DNA of 64,000 nt from Chlamydiota bacterium (GTDB lineage Bacteria; Chlamydiota; Chlamydiia; Chlamydiales; SM23-39), in contig JBEHXF010000003.1 in assembly GCA_048498835.1 (NCBI GenBank), forward strand, positions 516-64,515, given 5' to 3'. The notes under the pieces were generated by a model. That model had not been told where the DNA came from. It saw nothing but the letters and a program-made list of their open reading frames with translations, and did not search any database. Each line of letters opens with the position of its first letter. Position 1 is the stretch's first letter. Shown here piece after piece: positions 1 through 9,800 of this stretch. Both the position numbers and the translations under genes were made by a program.

Positions 1-881
1 GCACCTCCCCCTCCTCCAATTCCTCCTTGGGAGTTATTACCAATAAATCCTCCCCCTCCTCCATAAGTGGAAGCCCCAGATCCTGGGGAGGTTCCTCCTC
101 CATCCGCATTTACAGATCCCCCTCCGCCAACCACGTATCCGCTCACTGCAAAACCTGCCGATGAAGAGCCTCCTGTAGCGCCTATCATCGCACCTCCGCC
201 ACCGCCTATACCTGTCCCTCCATCTCCAATAGATCCTCCTCCTCCATAATTATTTCCACCAAGTCCACTATAACCACCACCGCCCCCAATGTTTATTCCC
301 CCATTTCCTCCGATGCCGCCACCCCCGCCTCTTCCGGTGCCCGATCCTCCAAGCCCTGCTCTAGCTTCATTAGATGAAAATAAAACATCACTGATCGTAA
401 CCGTTGCATCATCAATTAAAATGGCGCTGCCGCATCCCAACCCTCCCCCGCCGGCTCCGTTAGTTCCCGCACTACCACCTTGCCCAACACAATTCTGTAT
501 CACCATGTTTTGTATGGTAACTGAGCCTTGTTCTATGAAAAATGGCCTATACGCGGCCAAGCCATCAATAATGGTGGCCGTGCCTCCGCTGTTTCCAATA
601 GTAATGGTATCGGATGAAAAAAGATTAATAGGAGGCATAATCGCGCCGAGCGTCACCTCAGGCACACTAAACGTAATTGTATGGCTACCAGAAGACAAAC
701 CTTGAGCTTGATCATTTAAGATTTGGTTGAGCACATAGCGTAGATCGCCACTTGTGGAACTAGTCATATCTCCACCCGAAATGACCGCAGTATCCGTACC
801 TACGTCAACTACATAATTTAAGCTCCATAAGGGCAAGGCAATTAAGCTACCAAAAATGAACAATCTGCATCGTGTAATCAA
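1..881 (-). CDS. Pmp-like (polymorphic membrane protein / autotransporter passenger) protein, N-terminal part; gene continues past left window edge
   Basis: Absent from ORF track because no stop lies in the window. Reverse translation from TTG (complement 879-881) gives LITRCRLFIFGSLIALPLWS (signal-like), then GSAILIDDATVTISDVLFSSNEA (GGAI/FxxN-type Pmp repeat), then continuous Gly-rich tracts down to base 1. Upstream in-frame stop at complement 939-941. Confidence 0.6.
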   Translation of the reverse strand, partial: MITRCRLFIFGSLIALPLWSLNYVVDVGTDTAVISGGDMTSSTSGDLRYVLNQILNDQAQGLSSGSHTITFSVPEVTLGAIMPPINLFSSDTITIGNSGGTATIIDGLAAYRPFFIEQGSVTIQNMVIQNCVGQGGSAGTNGAGGGGLGCGSAILIDDATVTISDVLFSSNEARAGLGGSGTGRGGGGGIGGNGGINIGGGGGYSGLGGNNYGGGGSIGDGGTGIGGGGGAMIGATGGSSSAGFAVSGYVVGGGGSVNADGGGTSPGSGASTYGGGGGFIGNNSQGGIGGGGG

Positions 882-1333
882 AGAAGTATCCTTTTGCCAC
901 AGGCTTTTAGGTTGACTACACGATAGATAAAAATATATTTAGAAACAAAAAAAACCGAATGGCCTAACGAAAATTCACTGCTCCCTTCGCCCATGAAACT
1001 TGTGAGTGATTTCCATCGAATTGATTCTCCCGTCGGAGAATCAACCTCACTATAGTGGCGACATCAGCTGGCAGCGCCTGGTGTCTTGAAGGGTTATTTT
1101 CTGCAGCGTGCCCCTGCCATAAATATTCAAATTAAAATTTATCATCCCCAGTCTGACGGTTTTCAATAATTAAATTCATATCTTGCTAAGAATTAAAACA
1201 TTAACAACAAAAACATAAATAAATAATTTAACGGGATTGCAATTAATCATTTTACAGTAAAATCAGATCTACATTAAAATTGAAATCATCTATAATAATA
1301 GAAATTAATTTTCGCAAACAAAACAGATTAACC

Positions 1334-2791
1334 ATGGCTTCAATCAACCCCAATCCCACTTTCACCCCTCCGATTTCGGGAAAATCTGCATTTAATGCTA
1401 GTGCCTATCTAGATCGGAAGGACTTGGCGAAAATGCAGTCTGTGTGTAAAGCCTGGCGCACAATAATCGACCAAGAAAACGAAACAAACTATTCCTCCCT
1501 ACTACAGTATTGTAATAGCAATAAATACAGTGAAGCATCTGTAGCAGCCAATAAAATCACCAATAGAAAAATAAGACAATTGGCTTTTCAGCATTTATTA
1601 TCAAAGACACCAGCCTCAGTTACGCGCCAAATTATCAAAAGAACTGATGATTTATTAAGTATTTATATTCCAATAAATATTCGTGAATCATTGAATGAAC
1701 AACAAAAAAAAGAAATTACAGAATTTTTACGTAGAATCGACAAAGCAGAGCTAAACCAATTTTTAGGCGATGATATTTCCTTTCAATTGAGTGAAACTGA
1801 AATCGATGCTTTAAAAAATGCAAAATGGGATCATGAGGTTTACAAAAAACCTAACATCCATTTTGTAGCTCTAAAAGCGTTCGTTTTTGGTTGGATAGAT
1901 CGCCATCAAGTGTCAGCAATTTTAGTGTTTCTCGCATGTAGATCACGCAAAGAGTGTCAATTTCTGCAATTACTTTCAAAAGACGGAACTCCAAACCAGA
2001 AAGCGGTCGATACACTAAAAGCTTCTTTAAACGGTTATTACACTGATGATCAACTGAAAGAATTTCTGCTCAACATCTCGTCTTTAAATCCCCAAAATAC
2101 TCAATTTTATTCAGTTCCGATCATGACCTATGCTCAACTAAACACAGGGAGCGAAAAGATCTATAAATTTAGAAGTGTTGTAGACGTTATTTTAGATATT
2201 AATCATACATTTCTGGTCCAGATCCCAAAAGATCAAGAAACAAGGAGACAAATAGTTCTCCCACCTCATCTGATGATTCCATTGCTACAAGCAAAGTTTG
2301 GCACACAAACAATGATGCCAAATCCAGTTTTAGGATCCTCTGTTGCAGCGGACAATTTTAAAAGAAAAAACGAAAGAGATGTATTGATTCCCTGTCCATT
2401 ATTTCCCAAGTCAACACCCACGAAGGCTGATGAATTCCATGCCCCCGATCTTAAATTTTATCACCACGATATGGCTTATCATGTTGTTTTAGAGTGCGCT
2501 AACCCTCACAGAAGTGAATGGATTGAGCTGGCAAAATTGTGCGATCCTTCCAATCAGCAATCTCCCATCAAGTCAAAGGATTTATATCAAAGATTATTAG
2601 ATCGAGAGTTTCGACCTTATTTACGAAATTTTGGAACTAATCGAGAGAATACTAGCTTAAAAGAAATGCTAAGCGTGTTTGAGTCCTTTTTATTGAACTC
2701 GGCATTCTTAGCTAAAGAGAAATTACCTAGAAACGCAGTTTCCTATTTTCGGTTGGTAGCATCATCAATATTTCAGAAACACTTAGCTTAA
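1334..2791 (+). CDS. F-box-like domain protein (eukaryote-like candidate effector)
   Basis: ORF 1280-2791; ATG 1334 preferred over TTG 1280. SAYLDRKDLAKMQSVCKAWRTII matches the core of the F-box consensus (L..kdL..l..VcK.Wr.li). Gene is visibly AT-rich. Rest of protein has no motif I recognise. Confidence 0.55.
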   Translation: MASINPNPTFTPPISGKSAFNASAYLDRKDLAKMQSVCKAWRTIIDQENETNYSSLLQYCNSNKYSEASVAANKITNRKIRQLAFQHLLSKTPASVTRQIIKRTDDLLSIYIPINIRESLNEQQKKEITEFLRRIDKAELNQFLGDDISFQLSETEIDALKNAKWDHEVYKKPNIHFVALKAFVFGWIDRHQVSAILVFLACRSRKECQFLQLLSKDGTPNQKAVDTLKASLNGYYTDDQLKEFLLNISSLNPQNTQFYSVPIMTYAQLNTGSEKIYKFRSVVDVILDINHTFLVQIPKDQETRRQIVLPPHLMIPLLQAKFGTQTMMPNPVLGSSVAADNFKRKNERDVLIPCPLFPKSTPTKADEFHAPDLKFYHHDMAYHVVLECANPHRSEWIELAKLCDPSNQQSPIKSKDLYQRLLDREFRPYLRNFGTNRENTSLKEMLSVFESFLLNSAFLAKEKLPRNAVSYFRLVASSIFQKHLA

Positions 2792-3074
2792 TTTCAATAT
2801 AGTTTCAGCCATGACCTGATCGGTTTGACGGCAGAAATTACAGGATGAGAAATCGAAAAGATATCGTCTTGCTGGGTGAAAATATCCATTTTTAGAAGAC
2901 CCTCAAATTTAAAGCTGCAACTCCTTTAGAATGAAGATTAAATAGAGATCTCACTAATCAACACCGGATACGCCATCCGAGCTTCCGTAAAAAAATTCTT
3001 TTATTTTAAGAAAAAGTTCTTAAACTTTCCTTCGTCAAATCTTTAACTAGACGGTTACATACACGGAGGAAAGT

Positions 3075-6000
3075 GTGAAATATATAAAAATGAAGTGGTT
3101 GATTCTATCAATCGCTACGATCGGTTTTCTCGGAGCGCAAGAGGTTACTGACCAGCCCACCGAGTCCTATGGCTTGGCTCCATTAAAGGAAGCTGAAAAG
3201 GAAAAAATTCGCCGTCACTCAAAGCGCGTGATCCGTGTAAAGAGAAACCGCCTCGCGCGGCAAAGAGCCCTTTTGTCTGGTGAAGATCAGGCGATTATAG
3301 AAGAAGGTGGCTTACAGAGCGAACCGGGGGAATTCGACTTAATGGAGATTCCCGTTGAGGACGCTGAGCTCATGCTCGGTGCAGAAGAGCCTCTTCCATC
3401 AAGCGTCAACAACTCTCTCTTGCCCAGCTTTCCTCCGATTGGAAACCAGGGAAACCTCGGATCTTGCGTCGCTTGGGCTTCGACCTACTATCAAGCCACG
3501 CATGAAATTGGGCTGTTGAATGGAAATGACAATAAGGCAAGTAATGACCACGTCCTTTCCCCAAAGTGGACCTACGACATCTTAAACGAAGGGAAAAATG
3601 GGGGACTCTCTCCTCTCGATGCTTTCCTCCTCCTCTCATCCAATGGAGCTCCAAGCATTGCAAGATTCCCTTATGATATGAATTACCTTGCCTGGGATTT
3701 GAATAGTCAAGATTGGTTTGATGCCCTTTATAATAGAATGGCCGACTACGTCCTGGTTCCTGGATTAGGGGGAGCCAGTCAAAACTTAACCGCCATCAAA
3801 ACGGCGCTGGCAAATGGTCACGTATTGAGTATTCCGACCTATGCGAGTTCATGGGTCTATTCAACGATTAAGTTTGATCCTGAACAAATCAACAATAAAC
3901 ATATAGGTGACTGGGCGATCACTTACATGAACGGAAAAGAAGGAGGCCACCACATTACGATTGTGGGCTACGACGATACGCTTTGGGTCGATGTAAACGG
4001 AAACGGTTCGGTCGACAGCGGCGAGAGAGGCGCTTTCTTGATCGCCAACTCGTGGGGGCCATCCTGGGGAAATCGTGGATTTGCATGGGTCTCTTACGAT
4101 GCGTTCCTATCCGCTAGCAAAGTCGTACGCGGACCCTCTACAGGAAGAGTTCCATTTTCTGATTACTTATCCAACCAAGCGATCCTCATTCTTCCCAAAG
4201 CACCTCACTACTCTCCAAGCCTTGTGGCTCTGTTCTCTGTGACGGGCTCGCGAAGAGGAGAGTTAGCTTTTCAGGGAGGACTTTCCAATACAGGCAGGGA
4301 TACGCCAAGTCAAATACTATATAACCACGCACTTACTTATAATGGCGGGGCATTGAACTTTACGGGATCGATAACTAGCGTTCCTATGACCGTTGAATTC
4401 GCTATGGATTTTAGCGACTTTTTAAGTTCAGTGGGGACTACAACACAGCGCTTCTATATCACTGCGCTCGATAACCGCAAGGGAAATCCAACAACCGTGA
4501 ACTCGTTTCGATTAAAAGATCTCGTACACGGCACAGAAGTCGCGGCTCTTGGGACTCCAGCTATGATTGATAACAGCTCGGCACTACTCTTCTTAGACTA
4601 TGATTATTCTCGGGGAGTTTCGCCCGCTATAGATACGCCAGTGGTCAACATCACAGCGCCAGCAAGCGGTGCTACCATCAACGGAACTGCGACAGTCTCT
4701 GCAAAAATTACGGGTACTTCGCCTATTACGAGTGTGACTTTGTCTGTCGATTCGGTCCCAATGGGAGCGATGGCCTTCTCGGGAACGACTTACTCTATCG
4801 CCCTCGATACGACTAAAATCTCTAACGGCAACCATACGCTTGTCATTACTGCTACGAATTACGGCGGCAAAGTAGGTACCGCTACGCAAGTGGTAAATGT
4901 ATCAAACGTCGATGTACCTGTGATCTCGGTCGTTTCTCCAACAGGATCCGGCGCGGTTTCGGGAACAGTCCCCCTATCCGTACTCGCAACAAGCTCTTCG
5001 CAGATTACGAGTGTCTCTTTGACAGTCGACTCTATTCCGAAAGGGAATATGACACTCTCAGCAGGTAAGTATGGATTCTCACTCGATACAACAACACTTT
5101 CGAATGGAACCCATACGCTTGTGTTTACTGCGACCAATAGCGGCGGCAAGACAAACACAGCGAAGCTGACAATCGACGTGATGAATGTGCAGCCTCCTGT
5201 CATCACACTGGTTACGCCAACCAATGGCGCTACCGTTCAGGGAAGCATTCCCTTGTCGGTTACTGTGACGAGCGCTTCGCAAGTGACAAGCGTCGCATTG
5301 AGCGTAGATTCTAATCCGGTAGGAAACCTAATCCTATCGAATGGAAACTACAGCACTTCCATCGATACGACGCAGCTTGCGAACGGATCGCATACGTTCC
5401 TATTTACCGCTACGAATGCAGGCGGCAAGGTGTCGACGGCAACATTGAGTGTCAATGTGCAGAATGTCGATGTTCCAGCCATTTCTGTTCTTTCCCCAGA
5501 TGGAGGTTCAACCGTTAGTGGATCTGTTCCTTTGTCTGTAAAAGTAACGGGAAATACACCGATTTCCACGGTCTCTTTGACCATTGATTCTGTTTCGATG
5601 GGAAATTTGACACTGACCAATGGCAACTATGGAATCTCGGTCGATACGACCATGCTTTCTAATGGAAGCCATACGTTCCAAGTGACCGCAAGAAATAGCG
5701 GAGAAAAAACTGCAACCGCAACAGTAACATTGAATGTAGCCAACTTCGATGTTCCTGTAGTCAACGTTCTCACACCCGCAAAGGGCGATACCGTTAAAGG
5801 AATCGTTCCATTGTCCGTGCAAGTTGTCGGCGACACGCCCATTTCAAGCGTTGCGCTCACAGTCGATGCTACGTCGATGGGAAATTTGACCCTATCGAAT
5901 GGAAGCTATGGCGCCTCATTGGACACGACACAACTTTCCGATGGAAGCCATACGCTGAAATTTGTCGCGACGAATATCGGTGGCAAAACAGCTTCAGCTA

Positions 6001-6743
6001 CCCTGACGGTAAACGTATCGAATGTGGACACTCCCACACTCGCTGTTCTGACACCTGCCAATGGCGCTACTTTGAACGGCACAGTTCCGTTCTCTGTGCA
6101 AGTGACAGGAACAACAGCCATTTCAAACGTGGCACTCACAGTTGATTCTACATCAATGGGAAATTTGACTCTGTCAAATGGAACTTATGGGATTTCGCTC
6201 GACACGACAAAGCTCTCAAACGGAAGCCATACGCTGAAATTTGTCGCTACGAATAGCGGCGGCAAAACAGCTTCAGCTACCATGACGGTAAACGTATCGA
6301 ACGTGGTTCAGTCGAATTCCTATTTTGTGAACGTAGGAGGAGATGCACTTACCTCTGGAGGACATGATTGGATCAGTGACGCTGGTCTATTTACAGGGAC
6401 GACAACAACGGAAAGCAGCGACCTCCCCTTCGCCGATCCAATTTATCAAACAGCGCGTTATGGAAATATGAAATATACGTTCAACGTTCCCAACGGAAAA
6501 TATAACGTAAAACTCAAGTTTGCAGAGCTCGTTTACCAAAAAACCGGATCGAGACTATTTTCTGTTTCTATCAATGGAAAAAGCGCCTTCACACTGGTCG
6601 ATTTAGTTAAAAGAGCAGGCTACGGCGTTCCGTATGATGCTTCAACGACAACGACTGTGAGCAATGGCACTTTGACCATTGAACTGAAGGGCAGCGTAAA
6701 CCTACCCGTGCTTAACGGACTAGAAATCGTTCCTGTGAAATAA
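3075..6743 (+). CDS. Secreted papain-family (C1) cysteine peptidase with 6 Ig-like modules and C-terminal malectin-like domain
   Basis: GGAGGA lies 4 nt before GTG 3075 (ATG 3090 is an alternative start). Signal peptide MKWLILSIATIGFLGAQE. Catalytic contexts NQGNLGSCVAWAS (Gln at -6, Cys), GGHHITIVGYDD (His), ANSWGPSWGNRGF (Asn-Ser-Trp). Six 93-aa repeats. C-terminus YFVNVGGD..IYQTARYG..KFAELVYQKTGSRLFSVSING is malectin-like. Confidence 0.9.
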   Translation: MKYIKMKWLILSIATIGFLGAQEVTDQPTESYGLAPLKEAEKEKIRRHSKRVIRVKRNRLARQRALLSGEDQAIIEEGGLQSEPGEFDLMEIPVEDAELMLGAEEPLPSSVNNSLLPSFPPIGNQGNLGSCVAWASTYYQATHEIGLLNGNDNKASNDHVLSPKWTYDILNEGKNGGLSPLDAFLLLSSNGAPSIARFPYDMNYLAWDLNSQDWFDALYNRMADYVLVPGLGGASQNLTAIKTALANGHVLSIPTYASSWVYSTIKFDPEQINNKHIGDWAITYMNGKEGGHHITIVGYDDTLWVDVNGNGSVDSGERGAFLIANSWGPSWGNRGFAWVSYDAFLSASKVVRGPSTGRVPFSDYLSNQAILILPKAPHYSPSLVALFSVTGSRRGELAFQGGLSNTGRDTPSQILYNHALTYNGGALNFTGSITSVPMTVEFAMDFSDFLSSVGTTTQRFYITALDNRKGNPTTVNSFRLKDLVHGTEVAALGTPAMIDNSSALLFLDYDYSRGVSPAIDTPVVNITAPASGATINGTATVSAKITGTSPITSVTLSVDSVPMGAMAFSGTTYSIALDTTKISNGNHTLVITATNYGGKVGTATQVVNVSNVDVPVISVVSPTGSGAVSGTVPLSVLATSSSQITSVSLTVDSIPKGNMTLSAGKYGFSLDTTTLSNGTHTLVFTATNSGGKTNTAKLTIDVMNVQPPVITLVTPTNGATVQGSIPLSVTVTSASQVTSVALSVDSNPVGNLILSNGNYSTSIDTTQLANGSHTFLFTATNAGGKVSTATLSVNVQNVDVPAISVLSPDGGSTVSGSVPLSVKVTGNTPISTVSLTIDSVSMGNLTLTNGNYGISVDTTMLSNGSHTFQVTARNSGEKTATATVTLNVANFDVPVVNVLTPAKGDTVKGIVPLSVQVVGDTPISSVALTVDATSMGNLTLSNGSYGASLDTTQLSDGSHTLKFVATNIGGKTASATLTVNVSNVDTPTLAVLTPANGATLNGTVPFSVQVTGTTAISNVALTVDSTSMGNLTLSNGTYGISLDTTKLSNGSHTLKFVATNSGGKTASATMTVNVSNVVQSNSYFVNVGGDALTSGGHDWISDAGLFTGTTTTESSDLPFADPIYQTARYGNMKYTFNVPNGKYNVKLKFAELVYQKTGSRLFSVSINGKSAFTLVDLVKRAGYGVPYDASTTTTVSNGTLTIELKGSVNLPVLNGLEIVPVK
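4632..6305 (+). repeat. 6 x 279-bp in-frame tandem repeats (93-aa Ig-like modules)
   Basis: Each module reads D(T/V)P..(V/L)..P..G..(V/L).G.(V/A)(P/T)(L/V)S..(V/A)T....I(T/S)SV.L(T/S)VDS...G...LS.G.Y...(L/I)DTT.LSNG.HT(L/F).F.ATN.GGK. Antisense shadow ORFs recur at a 279-bp spacing (5627, 5906). Confidence 0.9.
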
Positions 6744-6753
6744 GTTTGTTGCC

Positions 6754-6783
6754 GCGTGGGGCTATCCGCCCCACGCTTTCTTC
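6754..6783 (+). terminator. Rho-independent terminator
   Basis: gcgtgggg-ctatccg-ccccacgc followed by tttcttc, 10 nt after the stop codon. Confidence 0.75.
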
Positions 6784-6871
6784 AAAAAAAAATTCTTTTA
6801 TTTAAAAAAAAAATTCTTAAACTTTCCCCAGTCAAATCTTTAAATAGGCGTTTGCCTACACGGAGGAAAGT

Positions 6872-9800
6872 GTGAAATATATAAAAATGCAGTGGTTGAT
6901 TTTATCAATCGCTTCGATCGGTTTTCTCGGAGCGCAAGAGGTTACTGAGCAGCCCAGCGAGTCCTATGGCTTAGCTCCATTAAAGGAAGTTGAAAAGGAA
7001 AAAATTCGCCGTCACTCGAAGCGCGTGATCCATGTAAAGAGAAACCGTCTCGCACGGCAAAGAGCCCTTTTGTCTGGTGAAGATCAAGCGATTATAGAAG
7101 AAGGGGGCTTAGAGAGCGAACCAGGAGAATTCTCTTTAATGGAGATCCCTGTTGAAGACGCTGAGCTCATGCTCGGCGCTGAAGATGCTCTTCCATCAAG
7201 CGTCAACAACTCTCTCTTGCCGAGCTTTCCTCCAATTGGAAACCAAGGAAACTTAGGATCTTGCGTCGCATGGGCCTCGACCTACTATCAAGCAACGCAT
7301 GAAATTGGACTACTGAACGGAAATAACAACAAGACAGCTAAAGACCACGTCCTTTCTCCAAAGTGGACCTATGACATTTTAAACGGGGGAAGAGACTCGG
7401 GACTATCTCCTTTAGATGCGTGCGACCTTCTCGCTTCAAACGGAGCTCCAAGCATTCTGAAATTCCCTTACGATACAAATTACCTTGCCTGGTCTTTGAA
7501 TGGGCAAGATTGGTTTGATGCCATCTACAATAGAATGGCAGACTTCGCTTTAATTCCTGGGTTAGGAGGAACGAGTCAAAACTTAACCGCCATCAAAACG
7601 GCCCTTGCCAATGGTCACGTATTGACCATTTCGACCTATGCGAATTCTTGGGTGTATTCAACCATCAAGTCAGATCCTGAAAACCTGAACAATAAATATG
7701 TTGGTCAGCGCGCAATCACCTATATGAACGGAAGAAGCGGAGGTCACCACCTTACGATTGTGGGCTATGACGACACTCTTTGGATCGATGTAAACGGAAA
7801 CGGTTCTGTTGACAGTGGCGAGAGAGGCGCTTTCTTACTCGCTAACTCGTGGGGATCATCCTGGGGAAACCGCGGTTTTGTGTGGGTCTCTTACGATGCG
7901 TTCCTATCGGCTAGTAAAGTTGTAGGTGGACCGTCTACTGGACGAATCTCCTTTTCAGAAAACTTATCCAATCAGGCATTGCTCGTTCTTCCCATTGCAA
8001 CTCACTACTCTCCAAGTCTTGTGGCTGTGTTTTCAGTGACAGGGTCTCGACGATCAGAGTTAGCTTTTAAGGGAGGACTCTCTTCTACTAGCAGCACCAC
8101 GCCCACCTCAATCCTTAACAACCACGCGCTCACTTTTAATGGCGGATCCTTTAACTTTACTGGCACCACATCTACGGTTCCTACAACCATTGAATTCGCT
8201 ATGGATTTTAGCGATTTTTTAGGTTCGGTTGGGACGACAGCGAAACGCTTTTACATCAGTGCGTCAGATACCTACCCGGGAAACCCAACGACGGTTAACT
8301 CCTTTATACTAAAAGACCTAGTGCACGGGAAAGAAATCGCCGCTATAGGGACTCCGGTCACGATCGATAACACCTCGGCACAACTCTTTTTAGACTATGA
8401 CTATTCTCGGGGAGTTATACCAGCTGTAGATACGCCGGTGGTCAATATCTCAGCTCCAGCAAGCGGCGCTACCATCAACGGAACTACGACAGTCTCTGCA
8501 AAAGTAACAGGCACTTCGCCCATTACGAGTGTGACTTTGTCTGTCGATTCCGTCCCCATGGGAGCGATGACCTTATCGGGAACGACTTACTCTATCGCCC
8601 TCGACACGACTAAAATCTCTAACGGCAACCATACGCTTGTCTTTACCGCTACGAATTACGGCGGCAAAATAGGCACTGCTACCCGAGCGGTGAACGTCTC
8701 GAACGTCGATATCCCTGTGATCTCGGTCGTTTCTCCGACAGGATCCGGCGCGGTTTCGGGAACAGTCCCCTTATCCGTCCTCGCAACAAGCAGCTCGCCG
8801 ATTACGAGTGTCTCTTTGACAGTCGACTCTATTCCGAAAGGGAATATGACACTTTCAGCAGGTAAGTATGGACTTTCACTCGATACGACAACACTTTCGA
8901 ATGGAGCTCATACGCTTGTGTTTACTGCAACCAATAGCGGGGGCAAGACAAACACAGCGACGACAACAATCAACGTGATGAATGCGCAGCCTCCAGTCAT
9001 CACACTTGTCACGCCAACCAATGGATCTACAGTTCAAGGAACCATTCCCTTGTCGGTTAAAGTGACAAGCGTATCGCAAATTTCAAGCGTCGCATTGAGC
9101 GTAGATTCTAATCCAATAGGAAACCTAATCCTATCGAATGGAAACTACGGCACTTCCATCGATACGACACTGCTTTCGAACGGATCGCATACGTTTTTGT
9201 TTACTGCGACCAATGTCGACAATAAAATAGCGACAGCTATATTGACTATCAATGTGCAGAATGTCGATGTTCCAGCCATTGCTGTTGTTTCTCCAGATGG
9301 AGGCTCAACCGTTAGCGGATCTGTTCCTTTATCTGTAAAAGTAACAGGAAATACACCGATTTCCACGGTCTCTTTGACCATTGATTCTGTTTCGATGGGA
9401 AATTTGACACTGACCAACGGCAACTACGGAATCACGGTCGATACGACCATGCTTTCTAATGGAAGCCATACATTCCAAGTGACGGCAAGAAATAGCGGAG
9501 GAAAAACTGCAACCGCAACAGTTACATTGAACGTAGCCAACTTCGATGTTCCCATTGTAAACGTTCTTTCACCTGCAAAGGGCGATACCGTTAAAGAAAT
9601 CGTTCCATTGTCCGTGCAAGTTGTCGGCGACACGCCCATTTCAAGCGTCGCGCTCACAGTCGATTCTACGTCGATGGGAAATCTGATCCTATCGAATGGA
9701 AGCTATGTTGCCTCTTTGGATACGACACAACTTTCCGATGGAAGCCATACGCTGAAATTTGTCGCGACCAATGTCGGTGGCAAAACAGCTTCAGCTACCC

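Noticed and set aside
67-705. Two Pro-rich + strand ORFs (PPPPxP).
   Set aside because: They are the antisense image of the Gly-rich minus-strand Pmp-like frame, which alone has a signal peptide, Pmp-type motifs and an uninterrupted frame to the window edge.
1021-1044. Perfect 10-bp hairpin ttgattctcc-cgtc-ggagaatcaa upstream of the Pmp-like gene.
   Set aside because: It has no T-run and no adjacent gene it could terminate. It may be regulatory, but nothing in the sequence lets me assign a role.
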